Below are positions 37,844 to 46,237 of a stretch of DNA of 64,000 nt, in pieces. Origin of the DNA: an uncultured Desulfospira sp. GTDB lineage: Bacteria; Desulfobacterota; Desulfobacteria; Desulfobacterales; Desulfobacteraceae. The stretch lies in NCBI GenBank assembly GCA_963663165.1, contig OY760175.1:1600001-1664000 (forward strand). The letters are read 5' to 3'. Numbering within the stretch: the stretch's first letter is position 1; each line of letters starts with the position of its first letter. Position numbers and translations under genes: made by a program. Under the pieces are notes generated by a model. It made no database searches. It was not told where the DNA came from and saw only the letters and a program-made list of their open reading frames with translations.

Positions 37844-40060
37844 TTATTTTTTTTCAGGCGGCGGCAGTGCCGGGCGGCCGGACAGGGCGGGGCGGGCCGC
37901 GTTCACCACGGCGGTCAGGGTGACCAGGTTGTGGATCAGGGCCCCGGCCAGGGGCGAGATCATGCCGGCGACCATTAAAGAAAGGACAAGGGCATTGGCG
38001 CCCATGGCAAAGGCATAGCTTTGTTTGATCACGGACAGGGTGTTTTTGCTGGATTCCAGGGTCCAGGCCAGGCTGGACAGTCCGCCCTGCTGAAGGACGA
38101 TGTCGGCATACTCCAGGGTCACGTCTTCGCCGGCCTCGCCCACGGCAAAGCTCAAAGCCGCCCTTGAAAATGCCGGGGTGTCATTGATGCCGTCCCCGGC
38201 CATGGCCACCACGGAACCGGGAAAATCAGCTTTTCTTTTTTCGATCCACCGGGCTTTGTCCTCGGGGGACATGCCCCATTTCACCTCATCAAATTTAAGG
38301 GCACGGGACAGCTCAGTGGTTCCGGCCCGGGTGTCGCCGGTGAGCAGGGCAATGTGGGTGATCCCGGCCTTTCTTAACCGCGCCAGGGTCTTAGGGGTGG
38401 CATCCTTGCGGATCATGTGGGAAGCGTGGATACACCCCAGAAGATGGCCGTCACAGGCCACAAAGACCAGGCTGCCGGAATCATCGGGATCTTTCTCCCC
38501 TGCTCCGTGGCCGTTTTTCAGGATACCCCGGTCTTTCATGAATTTTTTGGAGCCGGCCAGAATGGTCCGGCTGCCCGTGGTTCCGGCAACCTGTGCCTTG
38601 ACCCCGAGTCCCACAAAATACTTTCTGGATTCACAGGCCGGCACCTCCAGGCCTGTTTCATGGGCCTTCCGGGTAACGGCCCGGCTGATGGGATGATTCC
38701 AGGGCTGGAGCGCGGCAGCGGCAAACCCGAGAATGGTCTCTGGTTTGTACCGCCGGTCCATCACCTCAATATCCGTCACACTGGATACAGACTCGGTCAG
38801 GGTTCCGGTTTTGTCCAGGGCCAACGTGTTCACCGTTGCCGCGGTTTCCACATGGGAGCCGCCTTTGATGAGAATCCCGTTGGCAGCGGCATTGCCCATG
38901 GCCGTGGAGATGCCTGTGGATGTGGACAGGCGCAGGACGCAGGGACAGGTGACCATAATAGAGGTAATGGCCAGGAACAGGGACCCGCTCATTAAAAAGA
39001 CAATGGCGGCAAGGCCCAAAGAGACAGGAACCATGGCCTGGGAAACGGAAAGGCTGGTCCGGCCCAGTTCTCCCAAGTCATCCCGGGCCGATTCAATGAG
39101 CCGGATAATGGCGGCCATCCGGGTCTGCTCCCCGGTTTTCTCCACGGTCACCCGGATTTCACCCTCTTCCACCAGGGTTCCGGCCATGACCGGCATGCCT
39201 TCAAGTTTCACCACGGGCAGGCTTTCACCGGTCATGGCCGCCTCGTTGACCAGGGCCGTGCCTGAAAAAACCGTTCCGTCCACGGGGATGGATGCGCCCT
39301 GGCCCAGGACAATGACGTCTCCGGGGACGATATCGGTGATATCCACCTGAACCTGTACTCCGTCCACCAGTTTCCAGACCCGGGTCTGTTTGCCGGTGAG
39401 CATGTCCCGGACCAGGCGGCCGGTATGGTCCTGGATCCTGGATTCCATCCATCCGGACAGGTTGTACAGCCAGGCCACCAGGAGCGCGGTCAGGATATTG
39501 CCGGTAAACAAAGAGACATACAGCAGACCCGTAGAGATCAGGCTCATGTCCACGCGGCCCGTGGCCTTTACGTTTTCCACGGCCTGGCGCTGGATGGGCC
39601 GGGCCAGATAAAGGGTCAAAAGCCCCGGGATGCTGATGATCCCCCCGATAAGGGCGGCAGAGGAAAAGAGGGGGGCGGCGGCCCGCCGGAGCAGAAGAAA
39701 GGAAAGATAAAGCCCGGAAAACAACAAGGTCATGCCGGACACGTGGGACCGGCACAGCTGGGGGTCCTTTTCCGAACCAGACTTAATACTTTTGGAATCT
39801 GCCGTACCTTCCATGAGGCCGGTCAGTTTCCGGGAAAGGCCGTTGACCAGTTCGATGACCTGCCGGACCGGTATATCCCGGTCCGGATGGACCAGAATCA
39901 AAGACCCGGACTTGGGCCTGACCTGGGCCATGGCCACCCCGTCCATCCGGGCCAGTTCTTTTTCCACGGCCTTGCAACAGGCCGGCTGGCCCCGGAAAAT
40001 CGAAAACTGAATCCGGGTCCGGTATGGTTCCGCCTGCCGGATTTTATAACTTAGTGTCAC
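37844..40060 (-). CDS. P1B-type ATPase (TCPC type) in fez-like cluster
   Basis: TGES, TCPC, DKTGT, HP, TGD, GDGIND, LIHN; N-terminal RxR/HMA-like domain. Confidence 0.9.
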   Translation of the reverse strand: MTLSYKIRQAEPYRTRIQFSIFRGQPACCKAVEKELARMDGVAMAQVRPKSGSLILVHPDRDIPVRQVIELVNGLSRKLTGLMEGTADSKSIKSGSEKDPQLCRSHVSGMTLLFSGLYLSFLLLRRAAAPLFSSAALIGGIISIPGLLTLYLARPIQRQAVENVKATGRVDMSLISTGLLYVSLFTGNILTALLVAWLYNLSGWMESRIQDHTGRLVRDMLTGKQTRVWKLVDGVQVQVDITDIVPGDVIVLGQGASIPVDGTVFSGTALVNEAAMTGESLPVVKLEGMPVMAGTLVEEGEIRVTVEKTGEQTRMAAIIRLIESARDDLGELGRTSLSVSQAMVPVSLGLAAIVFLMSGSLFLAITSIMVTCPCVLRLSTSTGISTAMGNAAANGILIKGGSHVETAATVNTLALDKTGTLTESVSSVTDIEVMDRRYKPETILGFAAAALQPWNHPISRAVTRKAHETGLEVPACESRKYFVGLGVKAQVAGTTGSRTILAGSKKFMKDRGILKNGHGAGEKDPDDSGSLVFVACDGHLLGCIHASHMIRKDATPKTLARLRKAGITHIALLTGDTRAGTTELSRALKFDEVKWGMSPEDKARWIEKRKADFPGSVVAMAGDGINDTPAFSRAALSFAVGEAGEDVTLEYADIVLQQGGLSSLAWTLESSKNTLSVIKQSYAFAMGANALVLSLMVAGMISPLAGALIHNLVTLTAVVNAARPALSGRPALPPPEKK

Positions 40061-40407
40061 TTCTTACCCGCGGCTTCTGCCTCCACCTCCGCCTTGGCAT
40101 CCTCATACTTTTCTTTCATCTCTTCAATACCCGCCGAAGTCGCCGCCATCACCTTGGAAAAGGTTTTAACCACGGCTTTTTGAACGGTTTCATTGGTCAC
40201 CAGAAGGGTGACGCCGGCGCCAAGGGCCGCGCCCTTCCAGAAGGTGGCAGAGGTTACATCAAGACTTAAAAAAGAGGTGGGGGCGGGGACATAGGCCTGC
40301 TGCTGTGCCATGGGCTGCTGGGGATACACCGGCACATAGCTGACCTTATCCTGGGCCTGGGCGTAGGTTTGGGCCTGATAGGCCCCCTGGGCTTGATCAA
40401 TACTCAT
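40057..40407 (-). CDS. small Gly-rich membrane protein (FWKG..GA..TLL.TN motif, YtxH/Fez-like)
   Basis: Q/P/Y-rich N-terminus, GxxxG TM, C-terminal amphipathic/coiled helix; overlaps the ATPase start. Confidence 0.75.
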   Translation of the reverse strand: MSIDQAQGAYQAQTYAQAQDKVSYVPVYPQQPMAQQQAYVPAPTSFLSLDVTSATFWKGAALGAGVTLLVTNETVQKAVVKTFSKVMAATSAGIEEMKEKYEDAKAEVEAEAAGKK

Positions 40408-40522
40408 CTTGAAATCTCCCTTTCTCGAAAGGATGAAGGCTGACGGATGAAGGATGAAAATGGCTCATCCGGCAGTCTTCGTTACTTTCAAAGTTCATCT
40501 ATTATATTCTGGTCTCTAATAA

Positions 40523-40933
40523 CTAAAACTTATTAATCAAATAACTGACGCCGGTAGCGGCGGCAATGGTGACGGCAAGTCCGGCCACCCCGCCGTTGGT
40601 CAGGGTAGATGAGGCGGCGGTGGCGGTGGCGGCGGCCACGCCGCCGATAGCCCCTTTGGCCAGACTGTCGGTCATGGCCTGGCCCATGGTCATTTCACCC
40701 TTGCCCACCCGGTTCAAATTGGCACCCAAGGTCCCGGTGGTGACCACGATCATGCCGAACATGCCGGCTGCGGCGGCCTGGTTGGCAATGGCCGAAGTGG
40801 TTATTTTAGTGGGGTACTGAACCGGAACGGCCTGCACACTGGTGTTCACCGGTACATACTGGTGCAGCGGCACGGTCTGGTAGGCCATGGTCTGGATGCC
40901 CGAAGGCTGTTGGGTTGCGTATAAATGTTCCAT
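40523..40933 (-). CDS. MamC-like membrane protein
   Basis: GTLGANL..V..GEMT...A..DSLAKGA.GG.A.A...TGVSY pattern resembling MamC/Mms13; AAGGAA RBS. Confidence 0.7.
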   Translation of the reverse strand: MEHLYATQQPSGIQTMAYQTVPLHQYVPVNTSVQAVPVQYPTKITTSAIANQAAAAGMFGMIVVTTGTLGANLNRVGKGEMTMGQAMTDSLAKGAIGGVAAATATAASSTLTNGGVAGLAVTIAAATGVSYLINKF

Positions 40934-41013
40934 ATATAGTTTCCTTTTTTTTAAGTGATCAGGCTAAAGGGGGTCAGACTGAGGGTTGCCGACGCTCAAT
41001 CAGCATCGCCGCT

Positions 41014-41688
41014 TCATCCTTCATCCTTTTTCACAGTTCCCCCAAAAATTCCGCCAAATGTTTTCCCCATGGCATTTTTGACCGACTTGTTCGTGAGCAG
41101 AACCGTGGCTGCGGCCCCGACCAGGGCGCCTTTCCAGAACTGGTCATCCTGGGAGGTTTCCGAGTACAGGGTCTTGACCACATCGGCTACAGTGGCGTCG
41201 CCTTCGGCAAAATCCTCAACAGATTTAATCACCCGGGCATAATCGGGCGGGGCCTGCTGTGCGGCGGCAGGGTCCTGGGCCTGGTAAGGGGCCTGCCCTA
41301 AAGAGGACTGGACCGCCATTCCCGCCGGCACCGCATAGGTATAATACAACTGGCCGGTGCGGGGGTCCATGACCAGGCCTGTGGGCTGGGCGGCCATGCC
41401 CTGGGCCTGGCCGGTTTCAGGCTGCTGGACACCCGGGGCGGCCTGGGATTGGCCGGCATAGTCCGGGTGAATGCCCTGGGCGGTTGTACCGGCAGGGTTA
41501 ACGGTTTCCCGGGCCTGTCCGGCCGGGGGGGCCTGATGATCGGCGGCTGCGGCCTGACCGGGTGAAACGCCCGGGGCCGGATTCTCCGGAGCCGGGCCGC
41601 CCGGGGCCGCTGCCTGATCCGTGCTGTGGCCAGATTGGGCCTGGCCCGGGGCCTGATGTAAGGTGGGGTTACTGGTTGGGGCTTCCAT
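41014..41688 (-). CDS. Pro/Gln/Ala-rich protein with C-terminal FWKG Gly-rich TM
   Basis: ~150 aa low-complexity region then QFWKGALVGAAATVLLTN; AGGAGG RBS. Confidence 0.75.
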   Translation of the reverse strand: MEAPTSNPTLHQAPGQAQSGHSTDQAAAPGGPAPENPAPGVSPGQAAAADHQAPPAGQARETVNPAGTTAQGIHPDYAGQSQAAPGVQQPETGQAQGMAAQPTGLVMDPRTGQLYYTYAVPAGMAVQSSLGQAPYQAQDPAAAQQAPPDYARVIKSVEDFAEGDATVADVVKTLYSETSQDDQFWKGALVGAAATVLLTNKSVKNAMGKTFGGIFGGTVKKDEG

Positions 41689-41818
41689 GGTTTACCTCCT
41701 GAAGCGCTTCTTTTATCATACTGATTAAACCTGCCGAAAAGAAATCGTCGGGCAGGCTCTTTATGGATTCAATGATGATCAATTAAAAAGGTTGCGAATT
41801 GAAATAGTTATAAAATAT

Positions 41819-42355
41819 TTATCCATCATGCACAAGAACGAATCCCCCCCTGCCCCGGATGTCCACAATATCCCTTACCGTCAGGAAGAGCAGCCTTGGG
41901 GCCTTAAGCCCGTATGCCTTGAACGACCATTTAAAAGCAAGGTCAATGGTTATTTTTCCGGATTCTTTTGCCACATAAAAGGTAATGGGCAATTGCCGGC
42001 GTTCTCCGATAAATTCGAGGACCGCAAGGATGTCGGCCCTGTAACGGCCGTCATCCTGAAGGACGAATTCCTTGCATTCCGTCATCTCAACTGAGGCTTC
42101 CGGGAATTTTTCCTGCTGCATGTAATCGACCATGGCCTTGTTCCGGTCGGCATACCCGGTGTCAAAAAACCGGGTCTGGGCCGTGGCCGAAGCGTTAAGG
42201 ATTTCAAGATGTTGAAAATCTATGCTGATTTGGGCGTCAATGCCCTTGATGCTCCACCCTTTAAAGGTGTGAAAAGGGGCATAGGCCGTAAAATCAACCC
42301 TGAAATCCCGGGACAGGGTATAGGCGTCTAATGTTTTTTCAATTTGGCAAGTCAA
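41819..42355 (-). CDS. YceI-family protein (no signal peptide)
   Basis: V.F......H.FKG, FDTG..DRN..M...M..EKFP, F.AYGL..P; overlaps the ATPase stop. Confidence 0.75.
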   Translation of the reverse strand: MTCQIEKTLDAYTLSRDFRVDFTAYAPFHTFKGWSIKGIDAQISIDFQHLEILNASATAQTRFFDTGYADRNKAMVDYMQQEKFPEASVEMTECKEFVLQDDGRYRADILAVLEFIGERRQLPITFYVAKESGKITIDLAFKWSFKAYGLKAPRLLFLTVRDIVDIRGRGGFVLVHDG

Positions 42356-44657
42356 TCGGTTGTCCTTTCCGGGGGGGGATTTCGCCCTTGGTTTTGCCTG
42401 ACAGGGTATCCGGATTTTTATTTTGTTTCATGGGTTCTGACGGGGGTTCCCAGGTCAGAAGGCGGCCGGAATTGACTAGAATCCCCCCGGTGTGGAAAAT
42501 ATGAATCATCCCGGCCATGACCGGCGAAAGAATGCCCAACATGCCCAGCGCCGCACCAATAAGATCAGTAGATACAGCAAAATAGTGGTTCTGGTCAATA
42601 ACTTTCATGGTCTGGTGGCTTAAATTTCGCACTTTGACCAGCCCTTCCAGGTTGGCATCGGCCAGGGCGATGTCGGCCGCCTCCAGGGCAACTTCAGCCC
42701 CGCCGGCCCCTACGGCCACGCCGATATCGGCCCGGGCAAGGGCCAACGCATCGTTGACGCCATCCCCGATCATGGCCACCATGTGGTCTTTTTTCAATTC
42801 CTCCACCCGATCGGCTTTTTCTTCGGGCAGAAGCGGGGCCCGGCAATCGTCAAAGGGGAATATATCCATCATGGTCTGGGCCACCTCTTTGTTGTCGCCG
42901 GTGACCAGGTGGATGGATCTGACCCCGTCGGCCTTGAGATGGTTCAACACGGCCACGGCTTCAGGCCGGATGGGGTTGGCAATACCCATCATGCCCGTGG
43001 CACTGCCGTTTTTGGATACAAAGATGACCGTTCGGCCCTTGTTTCGTTCAGCCGCCGCCTTTTTATCAAACCAGCGAAGATCCACCTCGTTTTCTTCCAT
43101 GAACTGCCGGTTGCCCACCAGGACCACTTCCTCACAGCCGATATTGCAGGAAACCCCCCGACCGGCCTTGAATTCACAGACGGCGTGGGCCTCAACGTCC
43201 AGGTTTCTCTTTTTGGCTTCAGCCAGGATGGCCCGGGCCATGGGGTGCTGGTTATGGGACTCGGCCGTGGCCGCAAGGGACAGGATCATGTTTTCGGAAA
43301 TGGACGGGGTCCGGCCGGTAATGGTCATGATCTCGGGCAGGTCCTGGGTTAAGGTGCCGGTCTTGTCAAAGCAGAAGACATCGGTTTTGCCCACCCCTTC
43401 AAGATAAAGGCCCCCTTTAATAAGGATGGAGTGTTTGGCGGCATTGGCCAGGGAGGCGGTAACCGCCGACGATGCGGCCAGGACCGTGGCACAGGGACAG
43501 GACATGACCAGCATGACCGTCAGCGCCCGCAGAGGATCCAGGGTAAACACCAGGGTGGCCAGGGTGGCGGCAAGCCCGATCTTAAGCAGCCGGGCCGCCA
43601 GTTCATCGGCCTTGTGTTCGGCCGGGGCCTTGTTGGCCAAAGAATCCTCCACCATTCTCATGATACCGGCAAGGTAGGTGTCTTCTCCGGTTTTTACGGT
43701 CCTTATAAATAAGGTCCCCTGGGAAATAATGGTGCCGGCATAAACCTTGTCCCCGATATTTTTCACCACGGCCTCGGCCCTGCCGTTAATGGTGGCCTCG
43801 TCCACTAAGGCGTCCCCGTCCAGGATTGTACCGTCCACCGGGATCTTCTCCCCGGTATGGGCGGCCACAATATCATCCACGCGGATCTGCGCCACCGGGG
43901 TTTCCACTTCCATGCCGTCGACCATCACATAGGCATTGGGCGGGGTAACGTCCAGGATATCCCTGATGGCCTTGCGGGACCGCTGGGCCACATAGTCTTC
44001 CGTGGTCTCGGCCACATTGTATATCCAGAGGATCTGGATGGCGGAAAAGGCCTCTCCCATGCAGATGGTGGCAATGGCACCGGCGGCCAGAAAGGGTTTA
44101 ACCGTCACCTTTTTCTTTTGGGCCGTATCCGCAATTGCCTCTTTGACCAGGGGAATAGTGCCGGCCATGGCGGCCAGGCCCAAAAAGCTCAAGGGATTCT
44201 GGGCCAGAACCGCACCGAAAACAAACCGGCGGACAACGGCATAAACCATGACAGAGGACAGCCATGCCACTCTTTTTAATTTGGTCCCAAATCCGGCGTC
44301 ACCGGCGCATTCGCACGCCAGGATATCTGCGGCAGGCCCGGCAGCGGGTTCCAGATCGAATTTTTTCGGGGATAATACCTGGCTGAGGATGGCGGCCATA
44401 ATGGTTCGCGCGGTTACTGCCGACGAATCAAAGGTAACAATGACGGACCCGGAAACCGATCTGGCCTCGGCCCCTGTAATTCCGTCAACCCCTTTCAGGT
44501 AAAGGGCCATCCATCCGGATTTTTTTTCATTGTACCGAAGGGCTTTTACCTGAACCCGCATCCGCCCGGCCATGGACTGCCGGACACAGATCCCGTTCTT
44601 GCTCAAAATACTTTTACTGATATAGCTTACACTATTATATTTTTTGTTATTCATCAA
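42339..44657 (-). CDS. P1B-type ATPase (SCPC type) with non-canonical A-domain motif
   Basis: SCPC, DKTGT, HP, TGD, GDGVND, HIFHT; TGES replaced by NGRA; N-terminal GRMRV domain. Confidence 0.9.
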   Translation of the reverse strand: MMNNKKYNSVSYISKSILSKNGICVRQSMAGRMRVQVKALRYNEKKSGWMALYLKGVDGITGAEARSVSGSVIVTFDSSAVTARTIMAAILSQVLSPKKFDLEPAAGPAADILACECAGDAGFGTKLKRVAWLSSVMVYAVVRRFVFGAVLAQNPLSFLGLAAMAGTIPLVKEAIADTAQKKKVTVKPFLAAGAIATICMGEAFSAIQILWIYNVAETTEDYVAQRSRKAIRDILDVTPPNAYVMVDGMEVETPVAQIRVDDIVAAHTGEKIPVDGTILDGDALVDEATINGRAEAVVKNIGDKVYAGTIISQGTLFIRTVKTGEDTYLAGIMRMVEDSLANKAPAEHKADELAARLLKIGLAATLATLVFTLDPLRALTVMLVMSCPCATVLAASSAVTASLANAAKHSILIKGGLYLEGVGKTDVFCFDKTGTLTQDLPEIMTITGRTPSISENMILSLAATAESHNQHPMARAILAEAKKRNLDVEAHAVCEFKAGRGVSCNIGCEEVVLVGNRQFMEENEVDLRWFDKKAAAERNKGRTVIFVSKNGSATGMMGIANPIRPEAVAVLNHLKADGVRSIHLVTGDNKEVAQTMMDIFPFDDCRAPLLPEEKADRVEELKKDHMVAMIGDGVNDALALARADIGVAVGAGGAEVALEAADIALADANLEGLVKVRNLSHQTMKVIDQNHYFAVSTDLIGAALGMLGILSPVMAGMIHIFHTGGILVNSGRLLTWEPPSEPMKQNKNPDTLSGKTKGEIPPRKGQPIDLPN

Positions 44658-44709
44658 ATTAATATCCTTTAAATTGCCAATTTAACAGTCTGATTATATA
44701 GCCTATTTT

Positions 44710-44846
44710 GTTAGTAAAATCAAACTATTATTTGATAATTTTAAAAGGCCGGGGGGCGTCATAAAGTTACCTATAGTTAAAATCTCCTTTAAAATTAAGA
44801 GGTTGACACCCATCAAACCCTGATTTATTATATACCTGACGCTAAA
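44710..44846. promoter_or_regulatory. divergent promoter region with degenerate TTAG-N6-CTAA sites
   Basis: GTTAGTAAAATCAAAC 44710-25; GTTACCTATAGTTAAA 44766-81; plus-strand TTGACA 44803-08, 17 nt spacer, TATTAT 44826-31. Confidence 0.55.
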
Positions 44847-44899
44847 ATTAAGTGTCCGAAAGTTCTTAATCAAATTTAAAGCTTTAAAAGGAGGATATT

Positions 44900-45073
44900 A
44901 TGTTTTATCTGCCCCTTACCACAAACCCATTGGGATGGGTAATCCTTGGCGTGGGCGGTTATGCCCTGTACAAGGCTGGAAAGAAAAAAGGTGAGGACGA
45001 GGCAGCTGCCTCCCAGATCACCGAACCTCCTGCCGATGATAAGGCAAAACCAGAAACCAAAGGAGCCAAATAA
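44900..45073 (+). CDS. 57-aa single-TM microprotein (NPLGW motif), not in the ORF track
   Basis: AAGGAGG RBS; MFYLPLTTNPLGWVILGVGGYALYKAGKKKGEDE...; TAATG coupling to its paralog. Confidence 0.8.
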   Translation: MFYLPLTTNPLGWVILGVGGYALYKAGKKKGEDEAAASQITEPPADDKAKPETKGAK

Positions 45074-45351
45074 TGAGCGTTCCCGTATATGCCCCCGCAC
45101 TGGCCGTTAACCCCTTAGGATGGGCCGTAATCGGTGCCGCCGGATATGTGACCTATAAAGCCGGGAAAAAAGCCGGTAACAATTCCCAGGAAAAAGCCGT
45201 CAAACCCGGGCTGGCCGACAGGGCCATCAAAGGCGCCATGAAAACTGTTTACCGGGCAAAGAAGAGTGTAAGTGAATCTTTTGGCAAAAGCCGGGAAAAA
45301 TATTCCAGCATGTGGAGTGAAGCCCAGGAAGAAGTTAAAGCAGCAGAATAA
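45073..45351 (+). CDS. small single-TM protein (NPLGW motif, FezA-like architecture)
   Basis: NPLGWAVIGAAGYVTYKAGKK then amphipathic helix ending EAQEE. Confidence 0.75.
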   Translation: MSVPVYAPALAVNPLGWAVIGAAGYVTYKAGKKAGNNSQEKAVKPGLADRAIKGAMKTVYRAKKSVSESFGKSREKYSSMWSEAQEEVKAAE

Positions 45352-45420
45352 TCAGCTGCCAGCCATTAGCGGTTAGCCTTTCGTGGTCAGCCGTTTGCTT
45401 AGAATCTTTCTTTAACCGCC

Positions 45421-45471
45421 AAGGCCCCGAGGATGTTCTTAAAATCGCCTTTCATCAACGGGGCCTTTTTT
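45421..45471. terminator. hairpin terminator between convergent genes
   Basis: aaggccccg/cggggcctt stem plus T-tract. Confidence 0.55.
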
Positions 45472-46193
45472 TATTCTCCTGTTCTGACAATCACTGCGCC
45501 GGCTTTTTCGTGGGCCAGGTAAAGTCGCAGCCCTTGAGGGCTGGACACGGTAACGGACTGGGTTCTCGGGGCATGAAGTCCCTGGGCCGCCTCCACGGTT
45601 TCAAGGACCAGGCTCACCCCCGGGGTGACCCCGTGGGTTTTCAAATGGCGGACCCCTTGAGGCCCCCCCATGATATCGGTCACCTCAAAGGCCTGGTTGG
45701 GTTTGGCGAAGTAGAACTGGCTCTTTTGCCCTTTTTCGCAGAATCCCCATATTTTGGCAGCTTCCCCTTCGGACAGCCGGGTCCGTTCCTTCCGGTTGAT
45801 CACGGTGATGTAATCCATGTGGGGCAGGGCCCGTAAAAATTTAATCTGAGTGTCTTCCTTGAGCCCGAGCCGCTCCAGGCTTTCCGCCAAGTACACGCCC
45901 CCGGAATGGATTTCAATATGGGCTTCCTGGTTTTTTTTCATTTCCGTTAAAGGAATGATGTTGCCGTCGTTTAAGTGGGCATAGACCTTTGTGGCCAGGC
46001 CGGCGGGAAGAACCACATCCCCTTTGGGCCCCCTGACCCGGACAGAGTAATAGTTAAAATCCTGGTCATGGCGGGTCAGTTTTCCGCCCACAAACAGGCC
46101 GAGCCGGTTCAGCCAGGTTTCAAGGGAAGGTTCGGTGATCTCCAGGATGACCAGCTCTGTATTGATGGGTGCATCAAGCAAGGATGAATACAT
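45471..46193 (-). CDS. multi-FeoA-domain protein
   Basis: Three FeoA/SH3-like units: LNRLGLFVG, LERLGLKED, LKTHGVTPG; start uncertain (46193 or 46226). Confidence 0.75.
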   Translation of the reverse strand: MYSSLLDAPINTELVILEITEPSLETWLNRLGLFVGGKLTRHDQDFNYYSVRVRGPKGDVVLPAGLATKVYAHLNDGNIIPLTEMKKNQEAHIEIHSGGVYLAESLERLGLKEDTQIKFLRALPHMDYITVINRKERTRLSEGEAAKIWGFCEKGQKSQFYFAKPNQAFEVTDIMGGPQGVRHLKTHGVTPGVSLVLETVEAAQGLHAPRTQSVTVSSPQGLRLYLAHEKAGAVIVRTGE

Positions 46194-46237
46194 GGGTTTT
46201 ATATTTTCCTGATGGTCTGGTTTCAAGGCACAGGGGC

